Part shown: positions 20,832 to 30,094 of the stretch, piece by piece
How the letters are laid out: the number at the start of each line of letters is the position of its first letter
Numbering within the stretch: the stretch's first letter is position 1
DNA from: Candidatus Omnitrophota bacterium
Lineage (GTDB): Bacteria > Omnitrophota > Gorgyraeia > Duberdicusellales > 4484-171
Assembly: GCA_041652815.1 (NCBI GenBank)
Contig: JBAZGN010000002.1
Location: forward strand, 366,261-430,260
Length of the DNA: 64,000 nucleotides
Direction: 5' to 3'
Notes under the pieces: generated by a model
Told to the model about the DNA's origin: nothing
Seen by the model: only the letters and a program-made list of their open reading frames with translations
Databases searched by the model: none
Translations under genes and position numbers: made by a program

Positions 20832-21377
20832 ATGAAAATTATTAATGTGGTTTCTATGTTTTTGATTTTGTTTTTACTCGGAGGCTGCCTTACTACCAAT
20901 AAAAAGAAAAATGATAAAAATATAGAAATTTATAAGCTTGATTTAGATAAGGATATGATAGAAGAAGTGGTTGAAATCGAAAACCGCTTTGCGGCACATG
21001 GCGATATGCTAATTAAGATAACCAAACCTGCTAAAAATAAAAAAGCAGAGCCAAAAATATTCAATTTTACAATTAACGGGCAGTTCAATAAGGTTGAATT
21101 CGCTGAATTAGGCTGTGACGGATTTAAGCAAATGCTTATTTATTATGATACGGCAAAAAAATTTACCCACCTTGTTATCTACAAGTTTAAGAATGATAAG
21201 GTGTCCCAGATTTTTTTAGCCAGCAGTAATTGTGATATTGAAACTGATTTTGACACGGTTCCAAGAGTGAAAATAGCAAAAAACATCGATAGGGGAAACG
21301 ATTGTTCTGTTATAGCTCGCGGCAATGAATGGGAAAGCTGGGCATGGGATGGGGAAAAATTTGTCAAAGAGCCATAA
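20832..21377 (+). CDS. Hypothetical lipoprotein
   Basis: MKIINVVSMFLILFLLGGC lipobox. Internal start chosen (the ORF opens at 20766). Confidence 0.45.
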   Translation: MKIINVVSMFLILFLLGGCLTTNKKKNDKNIEIYKLDLDKDMIEEVVEIENRFAAHGDMLIKITKPAKNKKAEPKIFNFTINGQFNKVEFAELGCDGFKQMLIYYDTAKKFTHLVIYKFKNDKVSQIFLASSNCDIETDFDTVPRVKIAKNIDRGNDCSVIARGNEWESWAWDGEKFVKEP

Positions 21378-21544
21378 ATTTTTCAACCTTTCGAAAAATT
21401 TATTATCTTGACATTTAAAGGCTTAATTGTAAAATAACCTCGTTTTGAGGACAAAGGCGTCCTTTCTGTTAACAGGGAGGGGACGCTATTTTTTTTGTTT
21501 TGGTTGTTTAGCCTTTAAACATATAATGCACAAAATTTAAGCAT

Positions 21545-22384
21545 ATGAGTATAAAAATATTAGAGAAAAAAATATTGGCGGATGTGCCCGGTTCAAGGAT
21601 AGTTCAGATAAAACTTGCTGCTCAAAATATTGCCGTTCGTGCAAAGGCAGGGCAATTTATAGTGCTTATGGCGGGTGAAGAAGGCGAAAGAATACCCCTG
21701 ACCATAGCCGAAATCGACGCAAATAAAACAGCTATTACTATAATCTTTCAGGAAGCCGGGTTTACTACCAGGCTTTTAGGGAAGTTAAACGTTGGAGATT
21801 CTTTATATGCGCTTGCCGGGCCTCTCGGGCACCCTACAGAAATTCATAAATCTGCTAATGTGATTATAGTCGGCGGCGGCGTGGGCATGGCAGAAATTTA
21901 TCCTGTAACTCGTGCGTTTAAAGCAGCAGGCAACAGGGTAACTACTATTTTAGGCGCACGGACTAAAGAGTTGCTAATTTTAGAGCAGGAGTTAAAGAAA
22001 GCATCAGATAACTTTTATATAACGACAGATGATGGGTCTTACGGGAAAAAGGGCTTTGTTACCGATATTTTGAAAGATTTATTAGCTCGAAAGAGTGAGC
22101 CATACAGCCTTGTATATGCTGTCGGGCCAATACCAATGATGCGTAAAGTTGCTGAAACAACAAAACCATTTAATATAAAAACTCTTGTTTCGCTTAACGC
22201 TCTGATGGTTGATGCAACCGGTATGTGCGGGTGCTGCCGGGTAAGCGTTGGGGGAAAGACCAAGTTTAGCTGTGTTGACGGCCCGGAATTCGATGCCCAC
22301 GAGGTCGATTGGGATGAGCTGACAAAAAGAAACAAGATTTATTACGATAAAGAACAGCATATTTGTCGGTTGAATAATTTGTAA
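21545..22384 (+). CDS. NfnA/SudB-like FAD/NAD(P)-binding electron-transfer subunit with C-terminal [2Fe-2S] cysteines
   Basis: FNR-like fold with MCGCCRV..G....C. Paired with the GltD-like gene downstream. Confidence 0.75.
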   Translation: MSIKILEKKILADVPGSRIVQIKLAAQNIAVRAKAGQFIVLMAGEEGERIPLTIAEIDANKTAITIIFQEAGFTTRLLGKLNVGDSLYALAGPLGHPTEIHKSANVIIVGGGVGMAEIYPVTRAFKAAGNRVTTILGARTKELLILEQELKKASDNFYITTDDGSYGKKGFVTDILKDLLARKSEPYSLVYAVGPIPMMRKVAETTKPFNIKTLVSLNALMVDATGMCGCCRVSVGGKTKFSCVDGPEFDAHEVDWDELTKRNKIYYDKEQHICRLNNL

Positions 22385-22506
22385 GCAGCGATAAACAATA
22401 AATTTCTATTAATTTCTACGAATCTCTATCAATTTTAATCGAAATTGGTTGAAATTGGTTGTTTAGTAAAATTTATCTACTCTTTAAACTTAAGAGGTTT
22501 AACATC

Positions 22507-23922
22507 GTGAAAAAAGAACCCGTAAAAATCAAAGAAGTAGAAGCTAAGGTCAGAGCCGAAAATTTCAATGAAGTTATATTGGGATATGGCGAAGAAGAGG
22601 CTCTTGCCGAGGCGGGTCGGTGCTTGCAATGCAAAAATCCGCTTTGTATCTCAGGGTGTCCGGTTGAGATAGATATAAAAACATTTATTTATAAAATTAC
22701 CCAGAAAGATTATGCTGGCGCTTATAATACTATCCGGGAAAAAAATAATTTCCCTTCTATTTGCGGAAGAGTTTGCCCCGCTGAATACCAATGCCGAAAA
22801 GCATGCGTTTTAAGCAAAAAAGGTGAGCCTTTTGCAACGCCTCAGGCGATAAACATTCATTTTTTAGAGCGTTTTATTGGCGATTACGGAATGAATCATA
22901 ACGATTCTACGCCCCACGCCCCACGCCCCACGCCACACGCCAAGCGAGTGGCTATAGTTGGCTCCGGCCCTGCAGGCATAGCTTGCGCCGGCGAACTTGC
23001 CCGTAGAGGAATAAAAGTAGTTATGTTTGAAGGCTTGCATAAATTAGGGGGGGTGCTGCGTTATGGAATACCGCCTTTTAGGCTGCCAAGAAATATTCTT
23101 GATTATGAGATAGATTCACTTAAAAAAATGGGCGTTGAATTTATACCTAATTTTATTGTGGGTAGAAACAAAGATGTGGACGAATTATTAAAAGAAGGGT
23201 TTTCCTCGGTGTTTTTAGGCTTGGGCGCGGGAATACCGTCTTTCTTAGGCATTAAAGGGGAAAACCTTTGCAATATTTATTCGGCTAATGAATTTTTGAC
23301 CAGAGTAAATTTGATGTCTGCTTATAAGTTCCCTAAAGCTCACACCCCGGTAAACATAGGCAAAAGTATGGTTGTTATCGGCGGCGGCAATACTGCTATG
23401 GATGCAGCGCGATGCGCTTTGCGATTACAGAAAATGAATGGCATTAACCCAAATACCACTATTCTTTATCGCCGTAGCGAGGTAGAAATGCCGGCAAGGC
23501 GCCTTGAGATTGAACATGCCAAGGAAGAAGGCATACAATTTAAACTTTTAGTTAAGCCGCAGGAGTTTTTCGGGGATGAGAAAGGTTTTGTTACGAAACT
23601 GCGTTGTTTACAATGCGAGTTGGGAAAGCCAGATAGCTCAGGCCGGCGAAAGCCCATAGAAATTCCGGGAAGTGATTTTGAGGTAGATTGCGATATCGCG
23701 ATAGTTGCTATAGGTTTAAATGCTAATCAAATATTAACTAAAGTTACTCCAGCGTTAAAAACAGATAAATATGGCGATATTATTGTGGAGCAAGAGGCCA
23801 TGGAAACATCCATAAAAAATGTTTTTGCCGGAGGAGATATTGTCGGAGGTGAAGGAACAGTAATTGAAGCAATGGGTATGGCTAAAAAGGCAGCCAAGGC
23901 TATTATTGATAGGCTTAAATAA
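22507..23922 (+). CDS. GltD-like NAD(P)H oxidoreductase (NfnB/SudA-type, glutamate synthase small-subunit family)
   Basis: Two Fe-S Cys clusters and a GSGPAG FAD motif. Likely GTG start at 22507 after AAGAGG (the ORF opens at 22459). Carries an internal cgcccca repeat linker. Confidence 0.8.
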   Translation: MKKEPVKIKEVEAKVRAENFNEVILGYGEEEALAEAGRCLQCKNPLCISGCPVEIDIKTFIYKITQKDYAGAYNTIREKNNFPSICGRVCPAEYQCRKACVLSKKGEPFATPQAINIHFLERFIGDYGMNHNDSTPHAPRPTPHAKRVAIVGSGPAGIACAGELARRGIKVVMFEGLHKLGGVLRYGIPPFRLPRNILDYEIDSLKKMGVEFIPNFIVGRNKDVDELLKEGFSSVFLGLGAGIPSFLGIKGENLCNIYSANEFLTRVNLMSAYKFPKAHTPVNIGKSMVVIGGGNTAMDAARCALRLQKMNGINPNTTILYRRSEVEMPARRLEIEHAKEEGIQFKLLVKPQEFFGDEKGFVTKLRCLQCELGKPDSSGRRKPIEIPGSDFEVDCDIAIVAIGLNANQILTKVTPALKTDKYGDIIVEQEAMETSIKNVFAGGDIVGGEGTVIEAMGMAKKAAKAIIDRLK

Positions 23923-23997
23923 TAGCGGTGCCGGCTTTGCTCAAAGTTAGAGTAAAGCCCTTAAAGCAAGGCAGCAAAGTTAGTAAAAGGAGGATAT

Positions 23998-25335
23998 ATG
24001 ATAAAAAAAGTTGACGAATTCATGAAGAAGGTAATTAAAAGAGATCCCGGGCAACCGGAGTTTCATCAGGCAGTGCGTGAAGTAGTTGAATCAGTTATGT
24101 CGTTCATTGAGGCAAATCCAAAATATGAAAAAGCAAAAATATTAGAAAGAATGGTTGAGCCGGAAAGGGTAATTATGTTTCGCGTTCCCTGGATTGATGA
24201 TAAGGGGGAAATCCAGGTAAACAGGGGTTTTCGTATCCAGATGAATAGCGCTATAGGCCCCTATAAGGGTGGTATACGCTTGCATCCAAGTGTTAATTTG
24301 GGCATATTAAAGTTTTTGGCATTTGAACAGGTATTTAAAAATAGTTTAACCACATTACCTATGGGTGGCGCTAAGGGCGGCTCTGATTTTGACCCTAAAG
24401 GAAAATCTGATAATGAAGTAATGCGTTTTTGCCAGAGCTTTATGACTGAGCTTTTCAGGCATATTGGCCCGGATACAGATGTTCCTGCCGGAGATATCGG
24501 AACAGGTGGCCGTGAAATAGGTTTTATGTACGGGCAGTATAAACGCCTGCGCAATGAATTTACGGGAGTTTTAACCGGCAAAGGCTTACAGTGGGGCGGA
24601 AGCTTAATCAGGCCGGAAGCTACCGGTTATGGTTGTGTTTACTTTGTGCAGGAAATGCTTAAAACAAAAGGTGAATCTTTGAAAGGAAAAGTTTGTGCGG
24701 TTTCCGGTTCCGGTAATGTCGCGCAATACACCGTTGAGAAGTTGCATCAATTAGGTGCTAAAGTTGTTACGCTTTCTGATTCTAACGGGTTTATTTATGA
24801 CAAAGATGGAATTGACGACAAAGAATTAAAGTGCGTAATGACCCTTAAGAATGAGCGCCGCGGCCGCATCAGAGATTGCGCTAAAGAATTTAGCTGTAAA
24901 TATTTTGAAAACGAAAAGCCATGGAACATTAAATGCGATATTGCTTTTCCGTCTGCTACGCAGAATGAAATAGACGAAGCTGATGCAAAAGTTTTGGTTA
25001 AGAATGGCTGTATGGCAATAGGTGAAGGTGCAAATATGCCATCTACCCCTGAAGCGATTAAAGTGTTTCAGAAGGCAAAAATTTTATACGCGCCTGGAAA
25101 AGCTTCTAACGCCGGCGGTGTTGCAACTTCTGGTTTAGAGATGTCGCAAAATAGTATGAGGCTTTCTTGGAGCCGCGAAGAAGTAGACAATAAATTGCAC
25201 GACATTATGATTGCTATCCATGAACAATGCGTAAAATACGGCAAAGACGGAAAATATATAGATTATGTGAAAGGAGCAAATGTCGCAGGATTTGTTAAGG
25301 TCGCTGAGGCAATGCTCGCGCAAGGAGTAGTATAA
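23998..25335 (+). CDS. gdhA: NADP-specific glutamate dehydrogenase
   Basis: GGAKGG and GDH family motifs; 445 aa. Confidence 0.92.
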   Translation: MIKKVDEFMKKVIKRDPGQPEFHQAVREVVESVMSFIEANPKYEKAKILERMVEPERVIMFRVPWIDDKGEIQVNRGFRIQMNSAIGPYKGGIRLHPSVNLGILKFLAFEQVFKNSLTTLPMGGAKGGSDFDPKGKSDNEVMRFCQSFMTELFRHIGPDTDVPAGDIGTGGREIGFMYGQYKRLRNEFTGVLTGKGLQWGGSLIRPEATGYGCVYFVQEMLKTKGESLKGKVCAVSGSGNVAQYTVEKLHQLGAKVVTLSDSNGFIYDKDGIDDKELKCVMTLKNERRGRIRDCAKEFSCKYFENEKPWNIKCDIAFPSATQNEIDEADAKVLVKNGCMAIGEGANMPSTPEAIKVFQKAKILYAPGKASNAGGVATSGLEMSQNSMRLSWSREEVDNKLHDIMIAIHEQCVKYGKDGKYIDYVKGANVAGFVKVAEAMLAQGVV

Positions 25336-25357
25336 GTTTAGAATAAGTAGATTTTTC

Positions 25358-25394
25358 TAAATAGGCGCCTCATTTTGAGGCGCCTATTTTATTT
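25358..25394. terminator. Bidirectional rho-independent terminator between convergent gdhA and glnA
   Basis: aaataggcgcctcattttgaggcgcctatttt: perfect hairpin with T runs on both sides. Confidence 0.8.
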
Positions 25395-25400
25395 TAGCGG

Positions 25401-26936
25401 TTATAGCAGAGGAAGATACTTTTTTATTTCGTGCTGGGTAATTTGAATCCGGTATTCTTCCCATTCTTTTTTCTTGTTGAATAGAAACCGCGTGAATACA
25501 TGCTCGCCTAAAGTTTCTTTTATGAATTTACTTTTTTCTGTTTCTAATATTGCTTCAAACAGGTTACCGGGTAGCGACTCTACACCCCGTTTCTCGCGTT
25601 CCTCCATAGCCATGTGATAGAGGTTAGGTTCAACCGGCGGCATAAGCGTATATTTTTTTTCAATACCTTCTAATCCGGCAGCAAGCATTACCGCAAAAGC
25701 AAGATAAGGATTACAGGCCGGGTCCGGGCACCTTAATTCTACCCGCGTTGCTTTTTCGTTTCCCGGCCGATATAACGGAACCCGCAGGAGTGCGGTGCGG
25801 TTTTTTTGCGCCCAGGAAATATAGACCGGTGCCTCATAGCCGGGAACCAGCCTCTTGTAAGAGTTAACCCATTGCGCGGTAAGAGAGCAGATTTCGCGCG
25901 CATGGATTAATTGCCCGGCGATAAATTCCTTGGCAATTAAGGAAAGGTGATGTTTGTCTTTTTTCTCAAAAAATGCATTACGGTCTTCCTTGAATAATGA
26001 TTGATGCACATGCATACCTGAACCATTCACGCCGAAAAGCGGTTTAGGCATAAAGGTAGCATAGACTCCATTTTGCTGGGCAATTTCTTTGATTACATAT
26101 TTGCTGGTTATGGCGTTGTCAGCCATAGAAAGAGCGTCATTATATTTAGGGTCTATTTCATGCTGGCTGGGGGCAACTTCATGATGGGTTGCTTCCATAG
26201 TAATCCCCATCTCTTCCAGGACCCTCACAGTTTTATTGCGCATATTGTCAGCGAGGTCATTAGGTATCAGCTCAAAATAAGAGCCCTCATCTATAACTTC
26301 AGGGTTTTTGTCTGATCTAAAATAAAAATATTCAATTTCAGGGCCGACGTAGAAAGTAAAGCCTAATTTTTTTGCCCGAGCAAGAGCTTTTTTCAAAACA
26401 TAACGCGGGTCTCCTGCGTAAGGAGTTTGGTCCGGATTTAATATGTCACAAAAAAGCCTGGCAGTAAGGTGAGTTTCTTTTGTCCAGGGGAGTATCTTAA
26501 AAGTTGCCGCATCCGGCATGGCAACAATATCTGATTCCTGAGCTTCCGCAAAGCCGGTGACGGAGGAGCCGTCAAAGCCTTTTCCGTGCTCTAAAACATC
26601 TTTTAACTCTCCCGGAGTTATGGATATGCATTTTAGTATTCCTAAAATATCAACGAACCAGAGCTGTATGGTTCTGATTTCAGATTTACGTACTTTTTCC
26701 AAAATGCTTACGGTAAGTTCATTCTTATTCATTTTTCTTTTGACTCTGTCGCTTGCATCAGGTTCTTCCTTAATGGAGGAATGGCCGGCTGCGCTAAGCG
26801 TGTTTTTAGGAATAATATAACGGTTTCCAACTCTCTCCGCATAAAGATTACCATGTTTAATCCGTTCAATAACTGCCTGCCGGCTTATGCCTAAAACCTT
26901 AGCCGCTTCTGTTGGGCTTAGATATTCTTGTTCCAT
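25401..26936 (-). CDS. glnA: Glutamine synthetase (type I-like) with N-terminal helix-turn-helix domain
   Basis: GS catalytic region plus an N-terminal ~50-aa HTH (LSPTEAAKVLGISRQAV). Confidence 0.85.
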   Translation of the reverse strand: MEQEYLSPTEAAKVLGISRQAVIERIKHGNLYAERVGNRYIIPKNTLSAAGHSSIKEEPDASDRVKRKMNKNELTVSILEKVRKSEIRTIQLWFVDILGILKCISITPGELKDVLEHGKGFDGSSVTGFAEAQESDIVAMPDAATFKILPWTKETHLTARLFCDILNPDQTPYAGDPRYVLKKALARAKKLGFTFYVGPEIEYFYFRSDKNPEVIDEGSYFELIPNDLADNMRNKTVRVLEEMGITMEATHHEVAPSQHEIDPKYNDALSMADNAITSKYVIKEIAQQNGVYATFMPKPLFGVNGSGMHVHQSLFKEDRNAFFEKKDKHHLSLIAKEFIAGQLIHAREICSLTAQWVNSYKRLVPGYEAPVYISWAQKNRTALLRVPLYRPGNEKATRVELRCPDPACNPYLAFAVMLAAGLEGIEKKYTLMPPVEPNLYHMAMEEREKRGVESLPGNLFEAILETEKSKFIKETLGEHVFTRFLFNKKKEWEEYRIQITQHEIKKYLPLL

Positions 26937-27435
26937 AGAGACCCTCCTTTCGCTTTGTAAACCAATATTTCGTTATTACGATACAATTGTAAAACATTAC
27001 TTTACAATTGTCAAGTATTTTTTATCTTTTTTTATAATAGGGCAAAAACTGTTGAAAAATATAGCATTTTTTGCTTAAGAACTAAGCACAATCTACAATT
27101 TTTGTAAAAGATGCTGCAAATAGTATTATCCTGATTGAACCAGCCTTAAGATGCTTAAGAGTTGATACGTTTGGCGGCGCACAAACCGCGCCCTTTAGGG
27201 CGCGGAATATACAGGCGCCGCTCAGTATCAACCCTGAGCAAACCACGGGCTATAAAGCCCGTGGTACGTCGAATGGGTTGATTTTATGCTAAAAGTTGCT
27301 ACAATATAAGACACGAAAGAGGATTTATCCTTCTTTGCCCTTCGCTAATTGGAATTCCTGGTAGGGCTTCGAAGGAATGAACCTCTGGTAAATTTTTCAA
27401 ATAAACCCTGTTATCTACGGCGAGAAGGTTCGTTT

Positions 27436-28137
27436 ATGAAAAAAAGCCCCCATAAAGAATATCTGGAAACACTGCGTGAAATTGGTAAGGCTATAACCAG
27501 CGATCGTTACCTGGAAGATATTTTAAAGCTTATTGTCACACTTACCGCTAACGTAATGAATGCTAAGATATGTTCGCTTTGGTTGCTGGATGAAAAGGAT
27601 AAGGCATTGAAGATCCGGGCAACGCAGGCAATGAGTGAAGAGTATCTTAAGGAAAGAAAATTAATGGTGGGAGAAGGTATCGTAGGCTTGGTAGCTAAAG
27701 AGAAAAAGCCTATCGTGATACCGGATGTTTTAAAGGACCCTCGTTATAAGGAAAAGACTTTAGCCAAGAAAGAAAAATTAACTTCCATGTTGAGTGTTCC
27801 GATGATGGTAAAAAACCGGGTTATCGGAGTTATTAATTGTTATACTACGACATTATATGAATTCAGCGAGAGCGATATTGACCTTTTAACTACAGTCGCC
27901 AATCAGGCTGCAGTCGCTATAGAAAATACTGAGTTGCTGGTTAAAACTAAAATTGTTCAGGAAGAGCTTGAGGCGCGTAAAAAGATAGAAAGAGCAAAAG
28001 GAATATTAATGAAACAAAAAGGCCTTAGCGAAGAGCAGGCTTATGAGCTCCTAAGAAAAGTGAGCATGAATAAACGCCTTACCATGAAGGATGTTGCTGA
28101 GGCGATAATCCTTTCGTACGAAATCAAAGGGGCTTGA
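27436..28137 (+). CDS. GAF-ANTAR RNA-binding antitermination regulator
   Basis: GAF domain followed by an ANTAR helix bundle (ERAKGILM...LLRKVSMNKRLTMKDVAEAI). Internal Met start chosen (the ORF opens at 27349). Confidence 0.8.
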   Translation: MKKSPHKEYLETLREIGKAITSDRYLEDILKLIVTLTANVMNAKICSLWLLDEKDKALKIRATQAMSEEYLKERKLMVGEGIVGLVAKEKKPIVIPDVLKDPRYKEKTLAKKEKLTSMLSVPMMVKNRVIGVINCYTTTLYEFSESDIDLLTTVANQAAVAIENTELLVKTKIVQEELEARKKIERAKGILMKQKGLSEEQAYELLRKVSMNKRLTMKDVAEAIILSYEIKGA

Positions 28138-28189
28138 TAAGCTGGCCTTTTAATATGGTATAAATATATAATAAAATAATTTAAGGCAA

Positions 28190-28225
28190 ACAAACCCCAA
28201 TCCAAAAGATTGGGGTTTTTCATTT
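28190..28225 (+). terminator. Rho-independent terminator after the GAF-ANTAR gene
   Basis: aaaccccaatccaaaagattggggttttt. Confidence 0.75.
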
Positions 28226-28296
28226 TAGAAAACAGCGATGCCATAAAAAAGCGCCTCTTTTTCTTATACCTAGAGCTTATTATTACGCAAAAAATA

Positions 28297-28324
28297 TTGA
28301 CAAATTCATCAATAAGAGTAAAAT
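28297..28324 (+). promoter_or_regulatory. Sigma70-like promoter of the hydrogenase operon (TTGACA, 16-nt spacer, TAAAAT), followed by a ~340-nt structured leader
   Basis: Consensus hexamers read directly from the sequence. Confidence 0.5.
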
Positions 28325-28663
28325 TTTTCTTTAATTGATACGTATGATTTAGAATATTTCCCGAAAAGCGCCTAATTCCAAAAAATTGGAGGACCAAATT
28401 AACCCATTTTTGGCGCAAAAAGCTTGAAATGGGTTATTTTTATTCTTCTTAGCCTATATGGCGAAGAAGAATAATCCTTCGAAGCCCTACCGGCGACTAA
28501 AAAAGTGGAGGGCGAAGAAGGATATATTTAGGTGTTTGGCACTTCGACTTCGCTCAGTGTCGATGGTGAGCGTAATCGAACCATTGGCTTCGAAAAATGA
28601 ACTGAATGCCCGCGCTCCGCCTTTGGCGTTTGGCCGCGGGGAATAATAAGGTATTCCATAAAC

Positions 28664-30094
28664 ATGCCCGAAACTATTCTAATTCTAACCATTCTTATTC
28701 CTATGGCCGGGTCGGCTGTCCTGCCCTTTGCAGGATTATTGAGCCGGCGCTTGAGGAATATTCTTGCCTTTTGCTTTGTTTTTTCTTCATTTCTACTTTC
28801 CCTGGTTATGCTGACACGCATTCTCTCCGGTGAACAGATTGTTTTTTTCAAACAATTCCCTTTAGGCCTTAATTTTTCTTTTACCGCGGATGCTCTTGCT
28901 GTTTTTATGGCGATAGTTTCATCCTTAATCAGCTCAATCATAGTATTTTATTCTTTCGGATATATAAGCCACTATGAACACCAAACTGAATATTATTCGA
29001 TGGTTACTTTGTTTTTGGGTTCAATGATGGGGCTTGTATTTTCTTCAAATTTGATTCTTATTTATGTATTCTGGGAGATGACGGCAATCTGCAGTTGGCG
29101 GTTAATTGGTTTTTTCAGGGAAAAGAATTATGTCCTGCGCGCTGACAAAGCATTTTTAATGACGGTATCCGGCGCGTTACTTATGCTTGCGGGTTTTCTA
29201 CTGGTTTACCAACAAACCGGATCTTTTGACCTTAGCGTTATCAAAGGCAATCCTATTGGTAACCTGGCGATTTTCTTTATCCTGGCAGGTATACTTTCCA
29301 AATCAGCCGTATTACCTTTTCAGGCCTGGCTTCCGGATGCCGGCGTTGCGCCTTCGCCGGTTACCGCACTTTTACATGCTGCGGTTTTAGTTAAAATCGG
29401 CGTATATGTTTTTGCCCGCCTTTTTGTATTTACTTTTAACATCGACCAAATATGGCATACGATTGTTCCAATTATTGCAGCAGCAAGTGCGATTGTTTCA
29501 GCGGGTTGCGCGTTGGTTGAAACAGATATCAAAAGAATAATTGCCTATTCAACCATAAGCCAGATAGGTTTTATTTTTTTAGGCCTAAGCACAAATTCTA
29601 ATATCGGAATAGTGGGCGGGCTTTTGTATATTCTTATGCATGGCCTTTCCAAAGCCGGGCTTTTTCTTTGCGCCGGCATTGTTGAGCAGAATACAAAAAT
29701 AAAAGACATAACCAGGCTTGGCGGGCTTATCAAGGCCATGCCGATTACTGCGATTTCTTTTTTGCTTTGCGCTTTTTCCGTAATGGGCATTCCGCCTTTT
29801 GGCGGTTTTTTCAGCAAATATATGGTGTTTGCTTCAGCTGTTGAGTCCGGGCATCTGGTAATTAATTTTGTTTTTCTTATCGGCGCGTTTATGACAGTGC
29901 TTTATCTTGTCAGATTATTTAACCTGGTGTTTATGGGCGAGCCCCATACAACCCTGGTTAAAGAGGGCTCACGCACTATGGTTACGGCAGTTTTGATTTT
30001 AGGCATACTTTCATTAGCAAGCGGAATATTTGTTTATTATCCTTTTAAAGTAGCGCAGTTTAGCGTTTTAAACGTAGCAGGGTTGATTAAATGA
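28664..30094 (+). CDS. Group 4 hydrogenase membrane subunit, NuoL/MrpA/HyfB-like antiporter-type
   Basis: Proton-conducting NuoLMN-family TM protein, 476 aa. Confidence 0.8.
   Translation: MPETILILTILIPMAGSAVLPFAGLLSRRLRNILAFCFVFSSFLLSLVMLTRILSGEQIVFFKQFPLGLNFSFTADALAVFMAIVSSLISSIIVFYSFGYISHYEHQTEYYSMVTLFLGSMMGLVFSSNLILIYVFWEMTAICSWRLIGFFREKNYVLRADKAFLMTVSGALLMLAGFLLVYQQTGSFDLSVIKGNPIGNLAIFFILAGILSKSAVLPFQAWLPDAGVAPSPVTALLHAAVLVKIGVYVFARLFVFTFNIDQIWHTIVPIIAAASAIVSAGCALVETDIKRIIAYSTISQIGFIFLGLSTNSNIGIVGGLLYILMHGLSKAGLFLCAGIVEQNTKIKDITRLGGLIKAMPITAISFLLCAFSVMGIPPFGGFFSKYMVFASAVESGHLVINFVFLIGAFMTVLYLVRLFNLVFMGEPHTTLVKEGSRTMVTAVLILGILSLASGIFVYYPFKVAQFSVLNVAGLIK

Noticed and set aside
22900-22940. 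cgcccca x5 microsatellite, considered as a CRISPR- or contingency-like repeat
   Set aside because: It lies in-frame inside the GltD-like gene and encodes a TPHAPRPTPHA linker. It is too short and has no spacers.
28458-28941. ORFs 28458-28646 (+), 28606-28833 (+) and 28528-28941 (-) in the hydrogenase leader
   Set aside because: They fall in a region better explained as a structured 5' leader. The ORFs overlap each other and the first hydrogenase gene, with no RBS.
6758-29817. Other embedded or antisense ORFs overlapping called genes (e.g. 6758-7165, 7722-7922, 8309-8662, 8837-9280, 9422-9727, 10923-11414, 16138-16470, 17031-17357, 20416-20817, 22039-22360, 24261-24581, 26073-26315, 26557-26820, 29320-29817)
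   Set aside because: Each lies wholly within a gene with strong motif support on the other strand or frame. No independent signals.
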